The notes below the pieces were generated by a model. That model had not been told where the DNA came from. It worked only from the letters and a program-made list of their open reading frames with translations, and ran no database searches. This document shows, piece by piece, positions 26,434 through 39,300 of a stretch of DNA of 64,000 bases; within the stretch, counting starts at the first letter, position 1, and the number at the start of each line of letters is the position of its first letter. The stretch lies in the NCBI RefSeq assembly GCF_004010195.1, contig NC_057721.1, positions 49,778,857 through 49,842,856 of the forward strand, given 5' to 3'. A program made the position numbers and the translations under genes. The stretch comes from Chiloscyllium plagiosum (lineage: Eukaryota).

Positions 26434-26642
26434 GTAAAAACAATGACTGCAGATGCTGGAAACCAGATTCTGGATTAGTGGTGCTGGAAGAGCACAGCAA
26501 TTCAGGCAGCATCCGAGGACAGGCAAAATCGACGTTTCGGGCAAAAGCCCTGATGAAGGGCTTTTGCCCGAAACGTCGATTTTGCCTGTCCTCGGATGCT
26601 GCCTGAATTGCTGTGCTCTTCCAGCACCACTAATCCAGAATC
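26434..26642. mobile_element. Penelope-like palindromic insertion (inverted terminal-repeat pair) inside a CR1 fragment
   Basis: Perfect 86-bp arms at 26466-26551 and 26557-26642, with a ~32-nt tail on the left arm. Flanked by atccactggagttgag (26418-26433) and atccactggaattgag (26640-26655). Confidence 0.85.
26550..26580 (+). ncRNA. Minimal hammerhead ribozyme motif; core and stem II intact
   Basis: CTGATGA-a-gggc-tttt-gccc-GAAA-c-GTC-gat; the 5' arm of stem I is replaced by the inverted repeat. Confidence 0.8.
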
Positions 26643-27543
26643 CACTGGAATTGAGAATAGTAAGAGGCAATTTGATTGAAACACAAAAACATTACAGGTC
26701 TTGACAGGGAAGATATGGAGGGGATATTTTTGCTTATGGGAGAATCTAGAACTAAGGCTCACTGTTTAAAATCCATGAGTTGCCCATTTAAAAATGAAAT
26801 TAGGCAAAATATTTTCTCTAAGGGTCATGAGTCTTTGGAACCCTATTCCTGAAAAGGTTGTGGAAGCACAGACTTTGAATATTTTTAAGACTAGGTAGAT
26901 TCTTGTTCAGCAACGGATTGAATGGTTTATTGGGGTTAGTTGGAATGTAGGTTTGAGGTAAATGGCTGAGTTGGATTTGACCTGCTTCTTGCTCACGGGA
27001 CATACCTGGGCAATTTCTACATCATTTGTAGGGCCAGTGTTGTAGCTGGAAGAATTTGGCCAAGGGTTTGGATACTTCTGGAATATATATCAATACTATT
27101 ACCAGGGTGTTGCAGGCCCCATATCCTTTGCAGTATCCATTGCCTTCATAAGATACATATCATGTGGAGGAGATAAAATTGGTTGAAGACACTGAGGACA
27201 TCTGGCTGAAAATGGACACTAGTTTTCAGCTTTGTCTCTTGCATTGATGTGTTTGGCTCCCCTATTGTTGAAGATGTGGATATTTTTGGAGCCTCTGCTT
27301 ACTGGTAATTGTTCGATTATCCAAAATATTCATGACAGATGTAGCAGTATTGCTGTGTTTAGATCTGATCATTTGATTGAGAGATCACTTAGCCATGTCT
27401 ATTGCATGCTGCTTCCATAGTTTGGCAGGCAAGTCATCCTGTGCTGTATTTTCACCAAGTTGACACTTCATTTTTAGGTATGCCTGGTGTTGCTTCTGGT
27501 ATGACCTTCAGCACTCTTCATTGAACAAGGATTGATTTCATGA

Positions 27544-27823
27544 CAGATTAGATTCCCTACAATGTAGAAATAGGCCCTTCGGCCCAACAAGTCCACACTG
27601 ACCTTCCGAAGAGTAACCCACTCGGACCCATTTCCCTCTGACTGATGCACCTAACACTATGGTGCAATTTAGCACAGCCAATTCACATGGCCTGCACATC
27701 TTTGGACTGTGGGAGGAAACCCACGCAGACACGGAGAATGTGCAAAGTTCACAGGCACCCGACGCTGGAATCGAACCTGGGACCCTGGTGTTGTGAGGCA
27801 GCAGTGCTAACTACTGGGCCACT
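27544..27823 (-). mobile_element. HE1/V-SINE
   Basis: Reverse complement of the 19084 type, with internal deletions. Confidence 0.85.
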
Positions 27824-27865
27824 GCAACTTGATGGTAATGTGTGAATGAGCAATAAGCTGGGCCA

Positions 27866-28184
27866 TTAGATTAGATTAGATTCTCTACAGTTTGGAAACA
27901 GGCCCTTCGGCCCAACAAGTCCACATCGCCCCTCCGAAGAGGGACCCACCCAAACCCATTCCCCTACCCTATATTTACTGCTGACTAACACATCCATCAC
28001 TGTGGGCAATTTAGCATGGCCAATTCACCTGACCTGCGCATCTTTGGATTGTGGGAGGAAACCAGTGCACCCGGAGGAAACCCACACAGACACAGGGAGA
28101 ATGTGCAAACTCCACACAGACAGGCAGGATCGAACCCAGGTGTTGTGAGGCAGCAGTGCTAATCACTGAGACACTGTGCTGCCC
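27866..28184 (-). mobile_element. HE1/V-SINE
   Basis: (ttaga)n tail at 27866, V-domain, head ending gtgctgccc. Confidence 0.88.
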
Positions 28185-29420
28185 TAGGTTAGATTGTGGC
28201 TGAGTAGAATTCAGCTGCTGGCGATGGCTCAATGCTTCACGGATGTTCAGTTTAGAAACGCTATTTCTGTTCAACATTTAAGATGGTGGTAGAATTACAC
28301 GAGTGGAGGGTATCCTCGATGTGAGCACAGGATTTTACCTTCATGAGGACCGTGTGGGAGGTCACCCTACTGCTGTCATGGATGAATGCATCTGCAACAA
28401 GTAGATTGGCGAGGGAGTTGTCAAATAGATTTTTCCCTCGCTTAGTTCTGTCACCATTTGCTGTATACTCAATCTAGCAGCCATGCCCTTATTAACTTGG
28501 CTGGCTTGGTCAGTGGTGGTGCAACTGCTATGTTTGATGACAGTATCTAGGACATTGTAAGGTATGATACTGAGAGTATGACTAGTCTGTGAGATAGTTC
28601 CTTCAATTTTGGCAGAGGACCCCAGAGTTTTGTAAAGGGGATCTTGCAAGGTTGGGATGGCTGTGATTCCCACTGCTGTTTTTGCTGCCTGGATTGATGC
28701 AAGGTGGTCAGTCTGGTTTCATTCCTTTCTTTAGATTTTGTAGTGATTAGTTAAAACCGATTGACTTACTCGGCCATTTCAGAGGGTAGTTAAAATTCAA
28801 CCACATTGTTGTGGGTCGGAGTCACCTGCTGCTCAGACCAGGGAAGGATAGCAGATTTCCTTCCCTATCAGATATTAGGGAACCAGATGGGTTTTATGAT
28901 AATTACATTGCTTACATGTTGACATTTAGGATAGCCTTTAATCTACATAGAATTGAATTAAAATTTCATCATTGCCTGTCGCACAACTGTACAAGATTTC
29001 TATTGAATATATATATTAATATCCAGCAGACTACGCAGTTCCAGACACTGTGCATAATTAGTATCCTTGCCAAATTGCTTCTGTTTAAAAAGGATAGCCA
29101 TCAATGACCCCCTGCACATTGAGGAATGTGTATATAATGATGATTTTGGGTATATTATGGTGTGCAATGTGAAAGAAGCATTGCCCATTCTGACTACTAT
29201 AATTCATCTATTTGAAGTCTGTGATTTGGATTGTTGTAGATGGTGTTGTTCTGGTAAAAATAAATCAGTTTTAGTGCTGTCTGACACCTTACTTTAGAAG
29301 TTAAATTCAAAAGCCTGGGTAGTACATCATTTTCCTGGATGATAAATAGACTGTTTAAGATTAGCTTTTAATGTTACTGCAAAAAAAAAATGAACCGCAC
29401 AAAGGTAAGCAGAAATAAGT

Positions 29421-30098
29421 GACACTACAGGTGACCCCGCTGCACTACACACACACACAAACTCCTACAGATCCAGACACTCATGCAGATCCTCTCTCAT
29501 ACACTCACACATACATATCCCCCCCACCTCCCACCCTCTCACAGACTTGTACCCGTTTACACTCACACACTTTCTCAGACACTCACAACCACCCCTCCCC
29601 ACCCACATTTAAGTTTGTAGGGTGAATTTGTACTTGCAGAATTACATTTTATTTTGCTCAAAACTGAATCCATATAAGATTCTGTAAATCCTTGTTTTTA
29701 GAAATAGAATCAGTCTGAACATTGGGACACAGACTTTAACCTCACAACGTCAATGCATTGTTTGAGCTGACATAGCACCTATTGTTAAAGTTCACTTGAG
29801 AATGTAACTTTAAAAGAAAAGTTCTGGGATTTACATATGAAAGAACAGAAACCAACATGGTCATTCTAAAAGATAAAGAGACTTATACAATCCAGGTCTT
29901 TTTCAATATATCATCTCAGTTGCTTCACACTGTAAACATTTGCTATAAATTCTATGTCTTACGATCTTATGCTCCACAGCCACCTGATGAAGGAGCAGCA
30001 CTCCGAAAGCTAGTACTTCCAAATAAACCTGTTGGACTAACCTGGCGTTGTGTGATTTTTAACTTTGTACACCCCAGTCCAACACCGGCACCCCCAAT
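29421..30098 (+). mobile_element. Non-coding Penelope-like/retrozyme-like insertion (family B) with CA-rich 5' part, hammerhead and poly(A) signal
   Basis: 11-bp TSD cagaaataagt at 29410-29420 and 30099-30109; hammerhead at 29981-30015. Confidence 0.75.
29981..30015 (+). ncRNA. Minimal hammerhead ribozyme motif (family B)
   Basis: cac-CTGATGA-a-ggag-cagca-ctcc-GAAA-g-CTA-gta; AGCT palindrome in place of ACGT; AATAAA at 30022-30027. Confidence 0.8.
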
Positions 30099-33000
30099 CA
30101 GAAATAAGTAAGTTTCCCATCAATATTTAAGTCATATTTTTAATGAATCAAGACGCCATTACAAAAATGAATACAAAATGATTAGATAAAATGACCACAT
30201 TACAATACAAAAAAATCTAGCTGCAATGGAAATCTTTCATGGCAGTTATCGAAGACAGCTTTAACTGCAATTACTCACTACACAATGGAACAGATTTTGA
30301 AAAGGGAAGTTAAAAACCAAAGAGTACCTTAATGCAGACAAAAGCAATATTGTTAAATTTTGCATTTCTAATACAATTGAGCAGTTCATCATGAATACCT
30401 ATCGCTGTGTATCCGGTTTCATAATAAATTAGAAAAATAGGCTCTTGTTTGAATAGATATTTTTAAATTAAAGGGGTAGGGAATAAATTAACATCTTAAA
30501 GCTCAAATATTTATCGCATGTACAGCAGACCAGACTAGTAGCCATTTAACATGACCTTAAAATCAGGCAGCATCATGTAAAATCAGAAATATTTGCAATA
30601 ATCTAAATCAGTCTTTTCTTTAAAAAAATTTTAAAATTTCAAAGAATGTTGTTGTCACATCTTGATTGGGAAGGATGGAAAATGGTCTTCAGTTATAGAT
30701 GTTACCAGCTAATTTAGACCAGTTTGTTTTGCTGGCTCCTGAGTTGAAACATCCAATACAGCTTCCTAGTTCCAGTTCAAACTTTCACCTATATGCTGGG
30801 TGATTATTTATCTATATTTGATGAACCTGTTTTCTAAATAAAGCATGTTTACAGTACCTATGTTAGGGAAGCAAGATCATCCCTAACAGTGAGATATTTA
30901 GTTAATTGACCAGAGGAAAACATAGTTAGGAATCTAAATAACAATGAGCAGAAAAAGTAAAACCTGTAAAATCCGAATTACAGATTCTTAGTTTGACAAC
31001 TAATTTAGATGACTAAATGTACTATTTTCATTGCTATCCAATGAGGTACTGAATTTTAAATTAATCTCTGCAACTACATAGTGATATAGTTAATAACTAC
31101 TAAATGTTTTAAGTGTTGGAAGAAATGAGCTATTTCTGATGCCTCAAAAAAAAAAGACAATTCAATTGCTTCATAGTTGACATCAAATCCAAATACTGTT
31201 GTTGGTTCAGGCATTGTTCAATATGTTCAACCCCTTAAAGATTAAGTAATTTCCCAGAAATTCACAACAAAATTTGTCAAAAATACTTTTCTAAAGTCAT
31301 CAGTAGTACACTAAAGGCCCCTTAATCATCAAGATTTGACTTAGTGACTTCCAGTTAAATGTATACAAATGTGTTAGAAAATTGAATATACAATTTAAAA
31401 ATATACAACTGAAAAGATTTACATTGTGTACCCATGTAATTCACGAACGAAGAAAACCTAAGACTAAACACGGCATAATATGTAGGACCAGAAATAAACA
31501 AAAACACCAAAAAAAATCAAGTTACTAAATTTGTCAAAGTGTAAAATTTAATATCCTGACAGTTAGTTCTTACAGTGTTCCAAAGGTTACTCTTCGAACT
31601 TCTGAGTTTATCATGAGCCAGAAATGATACTGTACATTGTACGTTCATAAAATTATACCAGTACACAGCAATATACAAATCAATGCTTAACAATAATGCC
31701 TTACTGTTGCAATGTGTCAGTAGAAAATTACAATGATATATGTATTCACACCAGTTTATCCTCAAAAATATTCACACAGCATAATGTTGCATTCCTGTCT
31801 TCCAACCATAAAGGCTAGAACCATGTTAAATTTTCCATTACCACTCTTTAAAAGGATTATGCCACTTGGTGTATAAAAACATTCACAGTAAAATGTCACA
31901 CAGTTAGCTGTTGATTGAACTGAAACTGGTGGATTAGTAATAAAAACATACCAACCTGTGATGTAACAATTCTGAATCCCATTGAGTCAGGATTAAAATA
32001 TATGCATGGGCCTTGTTTATTTAAATGTGGTAAAATGGTTATGTAAAATTGTTCCTAATTTTGCATTTTTCATATTCACACAACATTTATTAATACTTCT
32101 GAAATTTCTTCGTAACCATTTTAAATGGAGGTGAATTGACCAAATAAAATATATAACGGTCACAATAGCTAACTAAATTTACTAGTCTTTCCTGTTATTC
32201 TTGAATCTAGACTATGGTGATTAACTGCCTATTTGCAAACTTTCTACTAGTCAACTGAAACTGATGTACATCTAGAGGCACCAAAGGGGAAAATCAATGG
32301 TAAAGGCAATTTGCTTTTTCATATTCATATACATTAGGTCTCTTTGTGCAACATTTCTAATTTTACCATCAACTTTTACCTTGGTAATAACTTTTTTTCT
32401 TAGAAATTAGTTAAAGTTGCTAGTTGCCAAAGTTGTACACTAGACCTTTTAAACAAGTTTTAATCGTTCTGTAAATTACTGATCAGTGGTTCATTTTAAC
32501 ATTATGCACCCTGCCAGAATTATTCCATTTGGATTATTTTAAAATTTCTGGTAATAACAAGAAAACTTGAGGAACTACACTTATTTTTCCTATTTAATAA
32601 AACCAATTCTCTTGAACATTACTTCACAAAAACAGTGAAGATATCCTACATTTGGATGGAAAAGTATTTAGATTAGTGCTATAGAACAAATATTGAAGAT
32701 AATTGATATAATCAAATTATTCAAAGAGAAAGCATTTTTATATCATAACATATATTCATTGGGGCAGACATTCCCAGATGATGAGGAAACAAGGGAAACT
32801 AATGTTCTGGACAAACAGAATTGTTGATATACCCAAGTGTCAACACACACAGGAATAAATAGCAAGATAGACAGTTAACAAAATAGGAGATTGGAATAAC
32901 TTATCAAGACCTTAAAATCAAAGATTAAAATCTAGGCGAGCTCATTTTCAGTTCAAATAATAAGCTATTACTTAATGGCAATTAAGGAGAACCCCACGTG

Positions 33001-33227
33001 CACATCATTTTAGTAAATGGTTGGACTATATCTCTGTAGAAAGTGTACAGTAACGCTTTTACACTGCCGAACAGGTTAATTTATTTTATGCCTTGTTCTT
33101 CACTTTTTCAATAATCTCTCCGATTCTCTTGTATCATTTTATCAAAAACTGCTTATTTTCACTAAATAGTAAATGAGCATTAAGCGGGTCTTCATCAAGC
33201 ATTCTGAAATTTACAATGGTGCAAGCA

Positions 33228-33340
33228 AGGGGCCTTTGCGGTGCAGAAGTAATGTTCCTACCTCTGGGCCAGGTGGTCTGGATTCAAGTCCCATCCGCTC
33301 CAGAGCTATGTAATATCAATTCTGTGACAGGTTGATTAAA
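33228..33340 (+). mobile_element. Short tRNA-derived SINE relic
   Basis: cggtgcagaagtaatg...ggattcaagtccc (A/B-box-like). Confidence 0.5.
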
Positions 33341-36300
33341 AGAAAAACCTACAAGGTTGTTAGGGTGTGGTCAGTCCTTTCTGGGTGAGTCAGCACCAAC
33401 AGTTTCACATATTCAGGAGGAGAATCTTAAATGGTGATAATGGGGTTTCATGGTTTTTATGGGGAGCAATGCAAATTAGTTGCAATTTCACTTTCAGTTC
33501 ATGACAGTTAGACATTTCCAGTCATAAATCAAGATTTTGATGTTTTATGATAAATTTGAAGCCATGCATCCAGACAAACATCACAAGAAGTTATCTTTAT
33601 TACCAAGCATCGAATTTGTTTTAGATTGATGCAAATACATATGGACCAACTTCAGTGCAATCGTTTGGTAATTAAACTGACTTTTCATTAGAATTTTACA
33701 GTGAAGAAATCTGGGAAACTGGAAAGCAAGTACACAATCTTCCACAAGATTAAACAGTTTCTTTTCAATATCCTGCACCATCTCATCCTTCCATCAAATA
33801 TTAGAGTTTCACAAATTCTGTTGTTTTCAAAAAAAACTTTTATTCAAGTTCCTGAAAAAGACTCAAAAAATTGACAAACAAGGTTTGTAACAACAATTGT
33901 TTATGCAAACTATATTGATGAATTGAGTGCCAATTGGATTTCTCTTAAGACAGTATTCTCCTGTTACTGCTGAAATTTTCAGCATTTACAGTATTTTAGG
34001 AGAACTGTATCTTGCCCCAGAAAACAAACACTTCAGGATTTCATGTTGGAAGTTTACTTTAGCTTTAGATTTGCTGTCAATTGAATTTTTGTTGTTTCGG
34101 GAATTTTGCAACAAATCTGGTTATCCAAGTCCCAACAAGAAATGATAGCAAGTAGTATAAGATGATATCAACTCATTACCTATAGTTTCTTTTTGGAACA
34201 TTTGCACTGGTAAAAGGTCTGACATTAGTAACTATCTATCAGAAGTTAATACATAAAATTGTCATCAGGGTATATGTGAACACACTCAACTGTGGTACTG
34301 CATTAAGGTGCACTGGATATAGGGACGTCCGCAGGTTACCTGTGCTGCAGTCTTATTGTACAATAAATACACCATGCACATGTGGGGATAGTTCAACGCA
34401 ATTGAAAATGTTACAGTTACAACTGCTGAGTTGTTTCACATCTTCATTCATAATGAATTAATAAATCATGAAATTTATTCATTGGCAACAGTATCCCTTT
34501 TTTCTTGATCATATACAGGATTCATCAACAGAATAGATGTCGAACACCAGCAAAACTCATATCTACATATCATTTTAGGTCAGAAAAGTAGTATTTTGCT
34601 ATTGTTCCCATAATTCCTGATTAACTTAGTTTAAATATGATTAGATAAAACCATTATATTCATTCTCAGGAATGTTTAGATTCATCATATGGTCATGTGG
34701 AATTAGTGAATTATATATTTATCTAAACTCTTTATCTTGTCAGTCCCGCACTGAACAATATGCATGAGTGTTAACAGTTTATGCTCATTGGCAAACCAAA
34801 CCAGAGAACGGGAAGGAAGAGTGGAACACCCTGAATAAGAATAACTAATAAGATGTTCGAAAAGGCAAAAAACAATGCCTCAGTTTGAAAATTTTAGATT
34901 TAATATACATAAACCATAGGCTGTAACCATCTTTAATGTTGGTCTGGGTGGAAATTTTGCATTCCTAATGAAAAACACTACACCAAATTGAATAACTTAA
35001 TTGTGAATGATGAAGGTATAATTTAAAAATATGATTTAACTTTTGAAGGTTATCATGTAGATATTTTTTATATAAGAAAGGAATACTGTCTATTGAAAAA
35101 CTTTGTTTTTAAAAATCTTCCAATAAATAACACATCTAAAGAATACAAGCCTGCGGACGTCCAAAATTGGATAATATGTACACTTTTAAAACTATGAACA
35201 ACTAGGCAGTGAAAAACAATTATGTTCTCACACACAAAGACACACCCAAAACATACAAAAATACTATATCTTAAACTACCAAGAAAGACAATTTATTTTT
35301 TTTTATCTCATGCCATGACTTAAGAGCAATACACTGAAACGAACAAGGATTTGACAAAAAAAAACCTTTATCCCAGAAATATACCAAAATATACATCTAA
35401 GCTTTGGAATTACTGAGGTTAGACTAATGCCTGCTGGGTAATTGCATTTAATACACAATTAAGGTTGCAAAGAAGAAACAAATCTTTGGTATCTGCATTA
35501 GGCGAATGTTAACATTTGTATTTCGCTTTGGGATAGAGCTTGTATGATCCTACAACCCCCATTTAGCACTCAAAAAAAAAATCACTGAACACAAAGAAAT
35601 CCACCTTTCTCTACACAAAAAAGTACTGACTCTATCTAGTACAAGGTTGAGGAATACAATGCATAGTTGCACAGTGGTATTATGAAAAGGATATGAAATC
35701 TTTGTAAGCAAGCTACATATTTTTTAGTCTTCATTTTTCTTTCGCAAAATGAAATGGCAGCGTCCAGCCAGTTATAGTCAGTTCTGAAGAGCACCTCAGT
35801 GTGTATTAATTCAGATCACCCAGCCCAAAGGGATAAATGCCCCTCAGAAGAGCCAACCCTACCACAGGAGTCTCCAGTCCTTTAACCAATCAAATAGCAC
35901 ACGTGCTCCACTTTTACCTGGCCCTCTATTATTTAATAGGTAGAATGAAGCAGATTTATTTTGCTTTATGCAATTCTTTTGTCACTGTAAGCAATTTACA
36001 CTTTTGAAATAAGATTAGTTTAGGACTGAAGACATTTAAAAAAATTAATTCATACAATCATTAGTAAGTCTTTGGTTTTATCAGCACAATGAAAGGTTGC
36101 TGGCATGTAATAAAAGCACCAAGCTTGGCAGGAATGACCATCACTAACATTTACATTCAGAGAGTGAGTGTTATTCTCAGGGTACTTTTAATGATGGACA
36201 CAAACCCTTACGAGATTGTCAAAACTGAACAGCCCCTCGATATTCAACCAATATTTGGCTATGAACACTACTGTGCATTCATTCGTTTGAGCCTCTGAAT

Positions 36301-39300
36301 AACTGACTGATGCAGCCAGGGAGAAGAATTAGTACAAAGTAACATATTTTTGTTTTTGACTGAAAATCACTGTCAGAAATCAAGCTCCTTGTTTTATTTT
36401 AAGCACATAAAATGTAAGTTTTATTAAGAAGTGTGGTCTTAAGCAATTAGAAATGAGCCAACACATAATAGACAGAATTTGGTAAATTATTTCAGCATAA
36501 AGTCACTTTGCTAGTGTTCATTAGCCTATCCCAATCAGAAAAGACAACAGTTTTTTTCAGTCATTAAAAACTAGGTTTGCAACAAATGAAATACACACAT
36601 CCAGTAAGAATGGTGAGGTGGCTTGCCATCATGCCTAACAAGTTCTCCAATTAAGGAGCCGAGAGTCAGCCCAACAACCTGCTCAGGACATACTATGAAG
36701 AGCATGAACTGCTGGATAAATAAAGCACTTAGTTGCCTACATGCCATTAATTATGTCTGGCGCGTCAGTAGTTCTAGAGTTTGCCTAAAAATATAGTGGG
36801 ATGAAAGAAAGAGTGGAGGGAATTAACAGCTAATGAAACAGTTAAAGACATAATGGAAAGGTTAAAGGATTGCAATACCCTAGTGCTTACTTTAACTTTA
36901 GTTGTCAATTCTGACTGCTGTTATTCTCCTGCTGTGCTTGTGCTAATACATGCCAGATTCTTTTGTTTTAAGTATACAGTTTAAGTATACAATCAGTAGC
37001 AGGTTCAGCCACTCTGAGGGGGGAGATTAAAGCGAGTTACTCAGTCATGAGTTAGAAATGAGGTATACAACAGCTCCTGTACACAGAACAAATGGTGACA
37101 GCACCATTTAAGCAACTGAGGAAGAAAATGAAATAATCACACCATGTGAGTAGACAAATGTAAACCTGAAACATTTCCATTTCAATCTGTAATATGCTAG
37201 AGCAAATGGGCTATCAGACATGGTATATTTTCCATCCCCCTTGTAGCTCAGTAACAAAAGCAATTGTGTAATGTGTTGCAGCATTGATGATGTCATTTAA
37301 TATGATGTAATTTCAAAAACCCACCATTGCCTGGACAGGGCAATTCCTAGGATAGTTGGCGTAGTCACAGTCTCTAAACTTCTATTTGAGAACAGTAAGT
37401 CAGGATATTAGTGGTTGTTGGTTGGGCAATATGATATTTTTAAAAGTACCCAAATCAATTGATAAACAAAATATAATGGAATACAATGGGTCATTTTTAT
37501 TATGGGTAACAAATTTCATTCCTCAGAAAATTCATTTCTAATGCAGCTAAGTTGCTATTCTACCATAATTAGAATGATTAATGTTAATTAATACAACTTA
37601 AAACAAAACCTATTAATTAACCAGTAATTTCTGATTCAGACTAAGACTGTGACAAAATCTCAAATGCACCTTACAAAAGTAACTGACTGTATGATTGTCC
37701 TATTATAGATGCGATGCTTTCACAATATATATGGGGACAGTTATACATAATATTTTAAGGAGGTTGCTATAAAGATCGAAGTATAGAAACCTGTCTGGTA
37801 TTCATAACAACCATGGGAATAAATCTGACAGAATTTCATTTTCTTCCTCAGAATTCCTTCATTTATTAATTTACTATACAAACTGACTCATATTTTGTTC
37901 CAAGTGCTCTTCTTGTATAACTGGAATGGATGCATTAAGACATTTTTTTTAAACATCATTCTCTCAGCGTATGTAGCTCTTTACAAAACCAGCCACTAAA
38001 ATGAGAATCAATTCTACCTGCAAAATCCATCAGGGCAGATTTGTAGTAAAAGTTTTGTTTTTGTATTTATAAACCTCAAGGTAACCAAACATTTATACTT
38101 TCAGAATCCTTAATTTAGTTTGTTCCTACTTTAAATGATTCCAACTCCATATTTCAACAACTAATAACTGTATCACCAATTGGTTTTTATGCCTTTCCTT
38201 ATCATTTCAAAGCAAGGAATTTAATATCAGTGATGAAGCTGTGTGTATCTACCAATTAAAAGCTAACAATTTTATTTTGCTTTCTTTGAGAACTTCTGGG
38301 TGAAAAAAGGATGATGAATAACAGCAGATTTGACTTCACCACGGAGCAAAGTGAACAACTCGTTTATATATAAATAATCAGTATCACCAATTTACATGGA
38401 TATTCTGACTGTCAAAAATTGAAAAGTTTGACTAATTATAAATAAATTGTAACCCTAAATAATTGTGGAGACAGTTTAAATATAAGCAAATAGTGATTAT
38501 ACAGATCAGATCTCATTGCACAGGAAATGCAGAGAAAATGAAAAACTGTTTAGCCTATAGCAACAAGAAAATGGATTGATCAGAGAATTTTTGGAGCATT
38601 TGACACAAGAGTCAAGCAACTTTTATTATTCCTGTAGTGAACTATTGTTACTAGTTTAGGAGTATATCAAAGAAAGCATAATAAAGCAAAAAAATGGTCA
38701 GATATCACTAGCTTCTTTAAATCAGAGTCAGCTGCAACACTTTCATCGGGCACTTCATATGAATACAGTATCAAAAGCTGGGTAACATTTTTAATACTGT
38801 ACCAAGGATGACCGAAAAGCCTTGGAATATTTCAAATTTCCTTTTGAAAGATGGGGAGCAAGAGAAAAAAGTAGCAATGTTGTGGGCTGTTTGGAAGCTA
38901 TTTCAAATGGTATAAAACCAGGAAATGCTGGAAACACTCAACAAGAAATATTCCAAACCTTTTGCTGATCTTAATACTACAGAATACTGTGACTTTTCTA
39001 AGTAATCCTTTTTACTTGCTATTCATTATTTATTGTTTAAAAGTATTACTGCAACACAAACAGGCTGAAACTGCAGCAAAATTAATTGAATATTTTAGGA
39101 GACAAAAGTCAATTACCTTGTTTGGTATGGCAAGCTAAGTGATCAAAGATCCTGACACAACAATTTTAATCTGAAGTTCTGTAATGCCCAACCTTGGTAT
39201 AACTTCAAATTTCTAATACAAAAAGCAGAGCAAACATCATCAATGTCCAACAGTCATAGACTAGTATCAATACCAGACTACAGCTTCATGTAATGACACC

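Larger units (their letters stand above)
26375..26995 (+). mobile_element. CR1 3' fragment hosting the palindromic insertion
   Basis: ctgtcttatgaggaaagg...ggcttatatccactggagtt continues as gagaatagtaagaggcaatttgattgaaaca after the insert. Confidence 0.75.

Noticed and set aside
26386-26762. Mirror-image ORFs on both strands
   Set aside because: Artefact of the perfect inverted repeat.
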